A stretch of 64,000 nt of DNA, from the IMG/VR virus record IMGVR_UViG_3300023094_000009, positions 77,285 to 141,284 of that record. The stretch is one strand, 5' to 3'. This DNA comes from a virus. Numbering within the stretch: the first letter of the stretch is position 1; the number at the start of each line of letters is the position of its first letter. Below the pieces are notes generated by a model. That model was not told where the DNA came from, did no database searches, and was given only the letters and a program-made list of their open reading frames with translations. Positions 7,801-15,797 of the stretch are shown here, one piece after another. The translations under genes were made by a program, and so were the position numbers.

Positions 7801-10505
7801 TCACTCAATATTTGCTCAAACTGAGTGATAAGGTCATCTCCCCTGTATCCAATTTTTTCAAGGATTGGATTGATTGTTGCCTCATTTGCTCTCAGTTCTT
7901 TTTTCGCCTCTTCCGACATTGAATACGGAGAGCCAAGAATTGAACTTATTAGTCCTTTGCCTTCCCTTGAAGAATAGAAATTGGTTGCTGCCATTCTTCG
8001 TATGGTATCTGAAGCATTTGCTTCTAAAGCCAAATACCCGTCAAACTGATCTAAAAGAAATTCCAACTCCCTTGCTTCTTTTGTCTTTCCTGTAGCTCTT
8101 AGGGTTTCTACATATTGATTTAGACTTGCATATCTTTCTGATAGTTGATTGATAGTGGGAACTTGTGAAGTTTCACCATAAGATATTGTTTCCAGCCTCT
8201 TGTTCAGAGCAGTTTCTAAAACTTCCTGCCTTGCGGTGCTCTTTATTAGCTGGTTTGATAGAGCAACTTGTTTTTTAGATAACTCCTTTGCCAGCACTTC
8301 ATTGCCCTCAACTGATTGCATCTGTGCTCCAACTTCTGCAATTGCCGTAGTAAGCTCAGCTATTTCATTCTTAGTCTGTTCATATTCTGCATAGGCATTG
8401 TCTTGTTCATTCTGTAATTCATTGAAGAACTTTAAAGTACTGTAAGCACCTTCCTCTCCTGTCAAGGCAGAAATGTTGTCTCCGATTGTATTTACAATGT
8501 CCCCTGCCTTGAAACCTTGCATAAGAGCCAAAGTGGTAGCATCTTTCAATTCAATTACTTGCCCATTAGGTAGTCTGGAATTTTCAATACCTAAAGATTC
8601 AACTGTCTTGTTTGCTTTCTGGTACAATGTGTAGTCCCTCTGGAATCCAGCCTTTAGGGAATCTTTGTACTCCCGAACCTGTGCTTCACTTTCAAATCCC
8701 AAATTTCTTTGCTGTTCCTGCGTGAATTCCAATCCATCAACAGAAGCTTCGAAATCTGCAATTGTATCTGCATATCCCTTCAATCCTTCGTTTGCTTTTA
8801 TGAAGGAATAGTTAATTGCAGAATCTTCAAGTATAGTAAACTCTGCCTGATTGGTCTCCTTTGTTATCTGAAAATTACCAATTGAGTTTGCCCTGTTCAA
8901 GTCACGGAATTTTCCAATGTACTTGTTATATTCTTCAACAGACTTGTCAATGGAGTTCAATTGGGATGCGTAGCTGTTTTTACCTAGCCCCTGAACTCCA
9001 AAAGATGCGCCTTCCATTCCTCTTACACCTAAAGCGGTGAGAGGTTTTGAAATTGCTGCGCCTACATTTCCTCCTGCAAGTCCTATAATACCTCCAATAA
9101 CCACTTCCTTAAGTCCTTCCTTGGTTGTATATTGCTCCACAAAAGATTCTTGAAGTGCATTGGCAAAGGAGTGGATATCGGCTGTTTTAGGATCATATTT
9201 TGCTTCCAAATACTTGGACATTGTTTTACCAAAAACTCCTTGCAAGCCTTCTTCAACCACACCCTCCCTTAAAACAGGCTTGGAAACATTTACCGCTCTG
9301 CCCAGCATTCTCTGCGCCTTCGTACCTTTGCTGAACACCTTGGTTCCGTCTGCCATTGTTGTCACTGACCTTCCAAGAATACCATCTTCAATTCCCAGCT
9401 TTGGAAACTTGATCATTTTCAGATCAAACATTTTTGAATACATTGCAAAGTTTGTAACAGAAAGTAGTGCAGCATTTGCTCCAAATACCTTGTTGGCGGT
9501 ACTCTCTGCATCTTTCATGAAGGTTGTCAGGTCTTCTGCTGTAGGTAATTCTCCATAGGTGGTTTGATAATCACTGACATATTTATCTACAGCATCAGTG
9601 TAGCTGTGACGTGCTTCCATTCCGGCTTCAAATCCAACAGACTGACCCAAGAACCTTGCTGTCTTGAATACTTCCCCTGTACTTGCTCCTACATTTGTAG
9701 CTGTTGCAAATTTATCAATTGAACTTCTATTCAGTCTTCTTAGTGCGCGGGTTCCTATTTCCCTTTCTGCAACTCTTGTTGTTGCGGATATAAGGTCATC
9801 TGCATTATTTCTTGCTACATTTACAGCTATGTTATCGGCTGATTTTGCAAGTCCTTTAATTCCAAGTCTTGCTCCTGCTTTGGCAAATGAACTTGGTAAA
9901 GATGCACCACCAGATAAAATTGCAAGAGGAACTTCACTCAATACTGTTCCTGCCACAAAAGCAAGCCCATTTCCTACATCATTGAACCAGAAGTTAGCTG
10001 TACCCATTTGTCCCAAAAGACTTTTGGCTTTTTCTTCATTTGAATAATAGTGTGCAAAGTTTCTGTCCAATCTTTTTGATTGCTCGTCAAGAAAATTGGA
10101 TGCGTCATTATCCCACAAAGCAGAAAGCTCTCCCTGTGAGATTGCACTTCCTAGTCCATAGGTTACTGTCGCTAAAGCATCAGCTGCTATGAGTCCTGTT
10201 TTTCCTAGGAATTTCGTTACACCATTTCCTGCTTTTTCTCCCCAGCTTTGTTGTTGGGCTAGACGATCTTCATTATCAAAAGCTCCAAGATAGTTGTCAT
10301 ATTTCAAAGCGGAAACCCCGTACCTATCTGTTTCAGCAACAGCAGAGGTGGGAACATCATACTTCACATTCTCAATCCTACCCTTATCCCAAGGCATGTC
10401 AAGGACTCCTGAATATTGGAAACCTTGGGGTTTTACAGCACCTCTTGTACCTCTTGATTGCAGATCTGCTTGTAGCTTATTTAAAACTTCTTCGTTTGTT
10501 GGCAT
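4848..10505 (-). CDS. Giant virion cargo/ejection protein (1885 aa) with hydrophobic N-terminal segments, coiled coils and a GNAT-like insert
   Basis: Gly/Ala-rich hydrophobic stretches (GLAFVAGTVLSEVPLAILSGG; VVIGGIIGLAGGNVGAA), coiled coils, position downstream of tail genes as in crAss-like phages. Confidence 0.75.
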   Translation of the reverse strand: MPTNEEVLNKLQADLQSRGTRGAVKPQGFQYSGVLDMPWDKGRIENVKYDVPTSAVAETDRYGVSALKYDNYLGAFDNEDRLAQQQSWGEKAGNGVTKFLGKTGLIAADALATVTYGLGSAISQGELSALWDNDASNFLDEQSKRLDRNFAHYYSNEEKAKSLLGQMGTANFWFNDVGNGLAFVAGTVLSEVPLAILSGGASLPSSFAKAGARLGIKGLAKSADNIAVNVARNNADDLISATTRVAEREIGTRALRRLNRSSIDKFATATNVGASTGEVFKTARFLGQSVGFEAGMEARHSYTDAVDKYVSDYQTTYGELPTAEDLTTFMKDAESTANKVFGANAALLSVTNFAMYSKMFDLKMIKFPKLGIEDGILGRSVTTMADGTKVFSKGTKAQRMLGRAVNVSKPVLREGVVEEGLQGVFGKTMSKYLEAKYDPKTADIHSFANALQESFVEQYTTKEGLKEVVIGGIIGLAGGNVGAAISKPLTALGVRGMEGASFGVQGLGKNSYASQLNSIDKSVEEYNKYIGKFRDLNRANSIGNFQITKETNQAEFTILEDSAINYSFIKANEGLKGYADTIADFEASVDGLEFTQEQQRNLGFESEAQVREYKDSLKAGFQRDYTLYQKANKTVESLGIENSRLPNGQVIELKDATTLALMQGFKAGDIVNTIGDNISALTGEEGAYSTLKFFNELQNEQDNAYAEYEQTKNEIAELTTAIAEVGAQMQSVEGNEVLAKELSKKQVALSNQLIKSTARQEVLETALNKRLETISYGETSQVPTINQLSERYASLNQYVETLRATGKTKEARELEFLLDQFDGYLALEANASDTIRRMAATNFYSSREGKGLISSILGSPYSMSEEAKKELRANEATINPILEKIGYRGDDLITQFEQILSENTDLSEREKFKIESMLRAQFAYDAIQRRVEESQQAILPLEEVTIEDTGDSIESAPTNARIAINNIEELSSLIEDITNEIDIITNKPTLENLRKIRENQSRIEELQKEISDIENGIVTPQVDEEQSNILGEPITTEVEDGTLYEFRNELGLLSGVLISPTEFRIDGISANEVGQGSGSIMFEALIELMSNQGVTTISTVSAGDGAQAMHQRAVDKGLLTEVSRDGRSATFEITQIGQPQAIENASEVQVGQTLRDVTGRISTVTAIDGDTIVMDRNGSEFRANPKMVELFTNSEVVEVVDSVVPINTESEIESRRQEIEAKETENNDLRTPFKFLESEGYKSYLKLLKKRVNQGTLTLDEQDEFETLENQVNQWISILGTTRDQLELSDLIKQLVALENSPVDFAPDVVEATDEEVIEDARIVNKSQNRNLAVGQNYEVAVSQEVLENGVVLTSIHNYTLDAFIALTGVEILETEVEEDPVTKAFKITREIVDRINQAGKIRITSSSVDETSTYYSMIRKSVTSMDGVQSWVPLNSDYDNDISREDVFNVRDGEILTLAVDPNNDWNRSIFDAIIRENANSIITDEQRENAIELEFQKNLNKNKTVIKLQAELLSLNNLPKTTANQSKINKKTQQVRDLTATIREKAENTIEAKESQSTTLRISPELRTRIATELRITAMNADTANVQVLKGTKGDDTGRFKGDDSKFASLRREIANDDAFLMSLILNNNETPSEYTIKVKNVYAGLPNFNTIIDEDVVLRQSRPIREQDLDKIADIGYVQNGKLYTRTSIDSIDKTFINTAVIANRSSKTPVVIIRQGVKHIAFPVRVSRNASPIDLNEFQGLFNNETLEGSEKAIRLNSILARAGIDVTQTGNAFIDLGNGLSSEAFDNLFSQLSEKQYLSSVDGWNDSRTSIAEALIGNVTISLDMSAPFVSPKIKFDLASIETVIEETPETQDKKKKSATQSAVNTVNEKAGLKNFNFCK

Positions 10506-10514
10506 AGTTATTTT

Positions 10515-10544
10515 CCCTTTGGCATTAAATCACTAAAATGTACC
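10515..10544 (+). repeat. Left terminal inverted repeat
   Basis: CCCTTTGGCATTAAATCACTAAAATGTACC versus reverse complement of right end CCCTTTGGCACTAATATACTAAAAAGCACC. Confidence 0.75.
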
Positions 10545-10588
10545 AGACAAAATGCTGATTTTTAGTCTTTTATGCGTATTTTTTTGAA

Positions 10589-10596
10589 TAAAGTTA
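10589..10596 (-). promoter_or_regulatory. Candidate outward-facing promoter (TAACTTTA) near the element left end
   Basis: TAnnTTTA variant also precedes genes at 19337 and 33177; points toward the 1885-aa gene. Confidence 0.35.
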
Positions 10597-10602
10597 TTAA
10601 TT

Positions 10603-11013
10603 TTATCTGATAAATCTGCCAAAAAAGACATTTCTTTCAGAGTTTATCGGATGTTTTTTTATCCATTCATCATATGTTTCTAACGAATCAAGTCTTTTTT
10701 CGAACTTGTCCATCCCTGAAGTGACAAATTCTTCTGAGTAATCCTGAAGGCATACATTATCTTCTCCCTGAATAAGCATGTCCATGCTGTCAACCTTGAA
10801 TTTGTAAGATTCTCCCAAGTAATGAAATTCGTATTCTGTCAGTTCTTTATATTTAACCTTGTTTTCTATTTCCCGCGCCAGAGAAGAAAGTTTGTCAGCA
10901 TCGTAACTTTCCTGTTTGCTTCTATGTAGTATTGTTCTTAAAATGCTACTTTTAAGTCCAGATTCCCGATCTTTGAACTGTCGGCGTACACTAACTGTAA
11001 ATTTATTTTCCAT
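10603..11013 (-). CDS. Hypothetical passenger protein (136 aa)
   Basis: ORF with natural charged composition inside the element. Confidence 0.65.
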   Translation of the reverse strand: MENKFTVSVRRQFKDRESGLKSSILRTILHRSKQESYDADKLSSLAREIENKVKYKELTEYEFHYLGESYKFKVDSMDMLIQGEDNVCLQDYSEEFVTSGMDKFEKRLDSLETYDEWIKKHPINSERNVFFGRFIR

Positions 11014-11311
11014 GAATGATTATGTTAAAGAAAGAGATGTTGAAAAAGCCACTGGCCTGAGAGCTATACACTATTCCTATCCTTCTGGACAAGGGCTCTT
11101 ATACCTAACTGGTTATTTCATTGTAGAGAGATTTAAGATCTCCTCTAAGCTAAGTCTGGATTATAAGCTGACTCAAATTCTCGATGTTGTTGATTATATC
11201 GAAACAGGTGTAGTTAAAAGTACAAAGGTATATTCTTTAGAAGGCGATGAACTGCTATTGTCATCTCAGAATCCCCTTCCACTATTACCTGAATATGTTG
11301 TAAAAGAATAG
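11012..11311 (+). CDS. Hypothetical passenger protein (99 aa, MNDYVKERD...)
   Basis: ATG at 11012 within track ORF 10916-11311; the upstream part is the antisense shadow of the 136-aa gene. Confidence 0.5.
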   Translation: MNDYVKERDVEKATGLRAIHYSYPSGQGLLYLTGYFIVERFKISSKLSLDYKLTQILDVVDYIETGVVKSTKVYSLEGDELLLSSQNPLPLLPEYVVKE

Positions 11312-11338
11312 CAACTACATTCTGTTGTCTTAAGGCGG

Positions 11339-11388
11339 GGTGTGAGATCACTTAAATGTACCAGCTAAGATACTGGTTTTTAGTTTTT
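11339..11388 (+). repeat. Internal direct copy of the element left end with conserved hairpin
   Basis: 11349-11388 CACTTAAATGTACCAGCTAAGATACTGGTTTTTAGTTTTT versus 10531-10570 CACTAAAATGTACCAGACAAAATGCTGATTTTTAGTCTTT (33/40). Confidence 0.75.
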
Positions 11389-12331
11389 AAGATTTATTCT
11401 GAATAGTGCTATTTTTTAACCAAATTTTGAAATGATTACTGCCAATGAATTTAAGGACTGTACTTTTGTCAAACAGTATAGTCAATAAGTGGTATGCTGT
11501 TAGTACATATTCTTGAAGATCTTGAGAGTCCTCTAAATCTTCAACACAAAGGCCTTGGCTTTTAGCCTCGATCCGATCAATCCTTCTTCCATGACTTTTC
11601 TTTTTGTGACCATCTACTGAACCACGGCTAAAGTGTGCAGAGACAGCTTCGCTTTTCTTTTTAGCTCCTGCTATCCCCTTAAATACATAACTCTCCAACC
11701 AATCTGCTACAATTTGTTCAGAATATTCAACAGCGTTTTGGGACTCTTGAAGCAATGCTGGCCCCATTGTTGAGAGTGTGGGTGCCCATAAGTGAGCTTG
11801 AACGCTATTTTCTAAAATATCCTGCTTTGCTCTTTCAAACTGATCAATTATGGCTAAAGCAGAAACAAAGCGTCCGTTAAGGTTCATTTGTGGATCAATT
11901 GGCCCTAATTGGCTTTGCCTTCCCATAATGATTCTATCACAAGAAAGACTTATCATAGTACCTGCGGACATCGCATAAGTAGGTATAATTACTTCAATAT
12001 CCTTAAATTTGGATCTAAGATACGAAACAATAGTTTCTGTCGCATTTGTAACTCCTCCAGGTGTATGGAGTAGTATGGTTAGACCTTTTGTGAAATCCAT
12101 TCCATGTATGACGGACATAAAGCCATTTATGTCCTCTGATGTAATTGATAAAGTCCCTTGATTTGCTGTGGGTTTTTGGAGAAAAGCTGAAGCATAAAAA
12201 ATCACATTCCTACCTTCCCTAAGTGTAGAGATTTTGTTAAGCTCTTTTACAAGGTTATCAACTAACCAGTTGACCACGACGTCTTTATCTAAAGTTTCTA
12301 CCTTGGAAACTAAATCTGTCCATGAAGGCAT
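11387..12331 (-). CDS. SDH-family (Clp/crotonase-fold, S49-like) serine protease
   Basis: Motifs LHTPGG, AMSAGTMI (catalytic Ser), LGPIDPQ (Asp), SHGRRI (His). Confidence 0.88.
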   Translation of the reverse strand: MPSWTDLVSKVETLDKDVVVNWLVDNLVKELNKISTLREGRNVIFYASAFLQKPTANQGTLSITSEDINGFMSVIHGMDFTKGLTILLHTPGGVTNATETIVSYLRSKFKDIEVIIPTYAMSAGTMISLSCDRIIMGRQSQLGPIDPQMNLNGRFVSALAIIDQFERAKQDILENSVQAHLWAPTLSTMGPALLQESQNAVEYSEQIVADWLESYVFKGIAGAKKKSEAVSAHFSRGSVDGHKKKSHGRRIDRIEAKSQGLCVEDLEDSQDLQEYVLTAYHLLTILFDKSTVLKFIGSNHFKIWLKNSTIQNKS

Positions 12332-12525
12332 TAGCGTAGTGTGATATTAAGTGGATAACTAGCGTCTCTGTACAACGATTCATCTTGTATACATTCCTTT
12401 GTAATTTGTAACAGATCATAGGAATTTAATTCAAGATATACATTGTATTGAGCTGATACCTCATTTAGTATCACTGTGATATCTTTATTTTTGGGATATT
12501 CTTTATTTGATTCGAGTGAATTCAT
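12331..12525 (-). CDS. Small protein translationally coupled to the SDH protease (64 aa)
   Basis: TAATG stop/start overlap with the protease gene. Confidence 0.65.
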   Translation of the reverse strand: MNSLESNKEYPKNKDITVILNEVSAQYNVYLELNSYDLLQITKECIQDESLYRDASYPLNITLR

Positions 12526-12610
12526 GTTATTCAGTGTGTTGGTTTCTGCAAAGAAACAATTTTTAAGTTATTGTTGGACTACCACTCATCACTAATTAAT
12601 GATATTTCTA

Positions 12611-12745
12611 TTACTTCTCTTTCTTAGGCTTCACCACAACCTTCTTCAGAACCTCGCTAAAGCCTTCCTTCAGTTCTTTGTCACCATACTTCTTGGTGAG
12701 CTGTTCGTCCGATAAAGCTTCTTTCTTTTTCTTCTTTTCTGCCAT
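12611..12745 (-). CDS. Small basic protein (44 aa) downstream of the transposase
   Basis: Hand-translated MAEKKKKKEALSDEQLTKKYGDKELKEGFSEVLKKVVVKPKKEK; TAAATTTA box a few nt upstream. Confidence 0.5.
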   Translation of the reverse strand: MAEKKKKKEALSDEQLTKKYGDKELKEGFSEVLKKVVVKPKKEK

Positions 12746-12851
12746 AGGGCTTAAATTTACTGAATCTGTTGCTTGACAGACATGTATTTAACTTCCATTT
12801 AACCTTTTAAAGGTACGGATAGTCCTTGTTTATTCCAAATAAATGGCTTTG

Positions 12852-13814
12852 TTATACATTTTTTGAAATGAGGTCTTTGTATTTCAGTCTTTTTTGTGCC
12901 ATTTTCACGAGAGAGTTATTAAACTTTTGCCCTGCGTTGTCTTCGCGCCCGTTGAACCGGAAAGACATCTCATCACAATACATCTGAAGATGCTTGCGGG
13001 AAACATGGAAATAGGTTCCCTTGATGCTCCTCTTTAAATGACTCCAGAAATTTTCTACATTGTTGCTTGAGAAACCGCTTTCCGTGGCATACTGTTTCAG
13101 GTTGTGGTTTACATACTGGTGGTCATAGTCTGCATTAAGTCCTGTGTATCCCATCCATTCATCTGTTACGATTGTAGCTCCGGCTTGCACCAGTTCTTTC
13201 ACCAGTGGCTTCAAAGTTTCTCCCTGCGTATTTGGAATAACTCTTGTATATATCTTGTTGTCCTGTATCATTCCAAACACTGGAGTTTTATCCTTGTAGG
13301 ATCTTCCTTGCGAATTTTTGACTTTCTTGTTTTTGTGGCGATTTTTGTTGCTGCCTCCTACAAAGCTCTCATCCATTGTAGCAACAGAAAGAGACTTTTC
13401 AGGAATAGCCTGAACATAGGATGCACGAAGCCTGCTTAACATGAACCAAGCAGTCTTTTGTGTAACTCCAAGGTCTTCTGCAAGCTGATAAGAACTGATT
13501 CCACGCTTGTGAGAAGCGAAAATAAATATGGCGATAAACCATGTCCTTAGAGGAATCGGGGAACTTTCAAATATGGTTCCCACTCTTATGGTGTATCTCT
13601 TTTTACATCCTCCGCATTTGTATAATCCGTTGAACTCTCCTTTTACATTCAGTTTGTATTGCTTTGTTTCCTTGCAATGAGGACACACTGGATTACCTTG
13701 CCAGATTGTGTTCTCAAGATATTCCCTGCAAGATGTTTCATCTGGCAATTGCTTCAGCATTTGAACTAATGATTTGAACTCTAGATTATACATAACTTCA
13801 AGTTTTAAATACAC
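12852..13814 (-). CDS. IS1595-family (ISXO2-like) DDE transposase; likely start ATG 13793
   Basis: Zn ribbon CPHC...CGGC, HTH GISSYQLAEDLGVTQKTAWFML, catalytic MDES, VTDE, NNVENFWS and YCDEMSFRFN motifs. Confidence 0.93.
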   Translation of the reverse strand: MYLKLEVMYNLEFKSLVQMLKQLPDETSCREYLENTIWQGNPVCPHCKETKQYKLNVKGEFNGLYKCGGCKKRYTIRVGTIFESSPIPLRTWFIAIFIFASHKRGISSYQLAEDLGVTQKTAWFMLSRLRASYVQAIPEKSLSVATMDESFVGGSNKNRHKNKKVKNSQGRSYKDKTPVFGMIQDNKIYTRVIPNTQGETLKPLVKELVQAGATIVTDEWMGYTGLNADYDHQYVNHNLKQYATESGFSSNNVENFWSHLKRSIKGTYFHVSRKHLQMYCDEMSFRFNGREDNAGQKFNNSLVKMAQKRLKYKDLISKNV

Positions 13815-13949
13815 TGAGAAGTTACGATATTTTACTGGAGTTCCCTAGCTTTTTAACATTAGTTACGTGTAATTATAATAAATTGTTATTTATCCACATT
13901 TCGTTTTTGATTAATATTCTGTCATATCTTTGATGAATAAATCATCCGA

Positions 13950-14546
13950 ATGTGTTATCAAGTAAGACAAACTTCAAGTAAAAAGGATATTGAAAGAAGG
14001 TTTAGTGCCGATTTCCTTACTGTTATTCCTGATTATCAGCGTGAAGAAGTGAGTGGTTTCACGCATCCAAAAATGCCTGTTATTGCTAACAGCATGGTTG
14101 ACAAAATACAGCTTTTTCAATGGGGACTGATTCCGCAGAACCAGAAAAATACACTGAATGCAAGAATTGAAACAATAAGGGAAAAACCGTCCTTCAGGAA
14201 TTTTGTAAACCAGAAATGTCTGATACTTGTTAATGGCTTCTATGAGTGGAAGCATGTACCGGGAGAGAGGCATGACAGACATAAATACCTTCTTTCGTTG
14301 CCTGACAACGGATCATTTGCTCTTGCGGGATTGTGGAGCGAATGGGAATTCCTGAATGGAGAGAAATATAGAACCTTTACCGTCATTACTACAGAAGCCC
14401 AAGGTATAATGAGAGAAATACACAATACTAAGCTCAGGATGCCTGTTATACTCAAAAGGGAAATTGAAATGGATTGGCTTATGGGTAAGCGTACAGCTAA
14501 GCTTCATACGGATTTGGTTGCTACCAAGATTTTCCCTTTATTCTAG
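13950..14546 (+). CDS. SOS response-associated peptidase (SRAP/YedK/HMCES family)
   Basis: Catalytic Cys2 (MCY), WGLIP, NARIET, GFYEWK, IHN..RMPVIL; TATCTTTG promoter at 13925-13932. Confidence 0.92.
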   Translation: MCYQVRQTSSKKDIERRFSADFLTVIPDYQREEVSGFTHPKMPVIANSMVDKIQLFQWGLIPQNQKNTLNARIETIREKPSFRNFVNQKCLILVNGFYEWKHVPGERHDRHKYLLSLPDNGSFALAGLWSEWEFLNGEKYRTFTVITTEAQGIMREIHNTKLRMPVILKREIEMDWLMGKRTAKLHTDLVATKIFPLF

Positions 14547-14773
14547 TTAAACAAATCTTTAAGCTCTACGTCCAGCGCTTTTGATATTTTGATAAGAGTC
14601 TTTACTGTTGGATTCTGTTTTCCGCGTTCAATCTCACCTAACTTGGATAATGGTACACCAGAATCAATGGATAAGTCAAGTTGCCTCATATCTTTTTCCA
14701 TACGAAGAAACTTAATCTTGTTCCCAAGATCTAACAAGTAGTGGTCATCATTCATTTGGGTACAATAAAGCAT
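14543..14773 (-). CDS. XRE-family HTH transcriptional regulator
   Basis: LGNKIKFLRMEKDMRQLDLS...LGEIERGKQNPTVKTLIKISKAL is a classic HTH_3 pattern. Confidence 0.92.
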   Translation of the reverse strand: MLYCTQMNDDHYLLDLGNKIKFLRMEKDMRQLDLSIDSGVPLSKLGEIERGKQNPTVKTLIKISKALDVELKDLFN

Positions 14774-14793
14774 ATTTAGTTGAAAGACAACAA

Positions 14794-14888
14794 CCCTTAT
14801 AAGGAATATAGGCTAATTTATATCCATTATTTTTAACACATAAAATAGTAATTTGTTTTATTTTTAACTATTAACACCCTTATAAGGG
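14794..14888. promoter_or_regulatory. Two palindromic operator-like sites CCCTTATAAGG(G/A)
   Basis: 14794-14805 and 14877-14888 in the divergent intergenic region; the second lies just upstream of TAACTTTG (14898-14905). Confidence 0.7.
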
Positions 14889-14951
14889 ATATTTGTCTAA
14901 CTTTGTATAGGTTTGACATACTTCAGTGTTAGGCTTTTATTGCCACTTATT

Positions 14952-15191
14952 ATGAAAAAGCTACTTATTATCACTTCAGTTTCTTTATTAATCCTCTCTT
15001 CCTGCAACAAGGACTACAATTGTGTCTGCTCGCTTTATAACGAACAAGGGCAAACCGTAGCAACTGAAGAATACAATTCAACTCAGTACAAGAAAAAGGA
15101 TAAAGACGAGGCAGAGAAGAGTTGCAAGGATCGCGATGTTGCGCCTAATGGGGCGTTCGGTGAAATGGGTCGTAAATGTGAGCTGAGATGA
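14952..15191 (+). CDS. Small lipoprotein
   Basis: ATG 14952: MKKLLIITSVSLLILSS-C lipobox; four more Cys in the mature part. Confidence 0.8.
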   Translation: MKKLLIITSVSLLILSSCNKDYNCVCSLYNEQGQTVATEEYNSTQYKKKDKDEAEKSCKDRDVAPNGAFGEMGRKCELR

Positions 15192-15760
15192 CATCTACAA
15201 AAACTATCAGAAATGATTTTACAAACGAGGAAAAACTTGCTTGTCTTACAGTACTTCACCTACTGATTGAATCAAGTGAGCCTCGATTTAAAAATACAAG
15301 AAAAGGTGTGCTTATTCATAATGCCAAACTATTTGGTGTGTATGACTTTATGTTAGAAGAATACATAGAAAATGTGACTTCAGAATCCTTGAAGAAAGAC
15401 TTATCATTAAGCAACACAAAAGTGGAGTATCTTATAGCTATGACTTATGAGATGCTAAACTCAGCAGGGTTTACCAAAAACGATATAGTGAACGCAGAAA
15501 ATCTATTCCTTAGAGCTGTAGGTGTAACTCCTGATGAACTTCATGCATCTTTAGAAAGAGTTAGAATTTTTACTAAAAAGTTTAACGAAAGGACTCATGC
15601 AAGTCAAGTACATCCTTCAAACAATGCTGTAAGTCGTACTTATCAAAGAATGGCAATTCAAGCTCAAGATCCTAATCAAAATAGCTTTTCTTTGAACAAC
15701 ATTGTATTCATTATTTTCACCGCTTTAGCTATTTTGGGTCTTGTAAGTCTGTGTAGCTAA
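15188..15760 (+). CDS. Membrane-anchored protein, possible TerB-like helical domain
   Basis: Helical pattern reminiscent of TerB/DjlA-N; C-terminal hydrophobic helix IVFIIFTALAILGLVSL. Confidence 0.55.
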   Translation: MTSTKTIRNDFTNEEKLACLTVLHLLIESSEPRFKNTRKGVLIHNAKLFGVYDFMLEEYIENVTSESLKKDLSLSNTKVEYLIAMTYEMLNSAGFTKNDIVNAENLFLRAVGVTPDELHASLERVRIFTKKFNERTHASQVHPSNNAVSRTYQRMAIQAQDPNQNSFSLNNIVFIIFTALAILGLVSLCS

Positions 15761-15797
15761 AAGCTTATTTTTGTGATAACTCTAAATAATAATCGCT

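Noticed and set aside
1-10505. Virion RNA polymerase typical of crAss-like phages
   Set aside because: No DxDGD/DFDID catalytic motif in the visible cargo proteins; it may lie beyond the left edge or be absent.
154-10536. Many plus-strand ORFs of 60-165 aa (also throughout 16-59 kb)
   Set aside because: Antisense shadows of long minus-strand genes with Ser/Leu/Phe-biased, non-protein-like composition.
10531-11388. True integron attC sites
   Set aside because: No RYYYAAC/GTTRRRY boxes and no tyrosine recombinase in the window; the sites overlap the transposon end sequence.
14543-14773. Phage CI repressor proving lysogeny
   Set aside because: Short HTH without a peptidase domain, located inside the transposon; no integrase seen.
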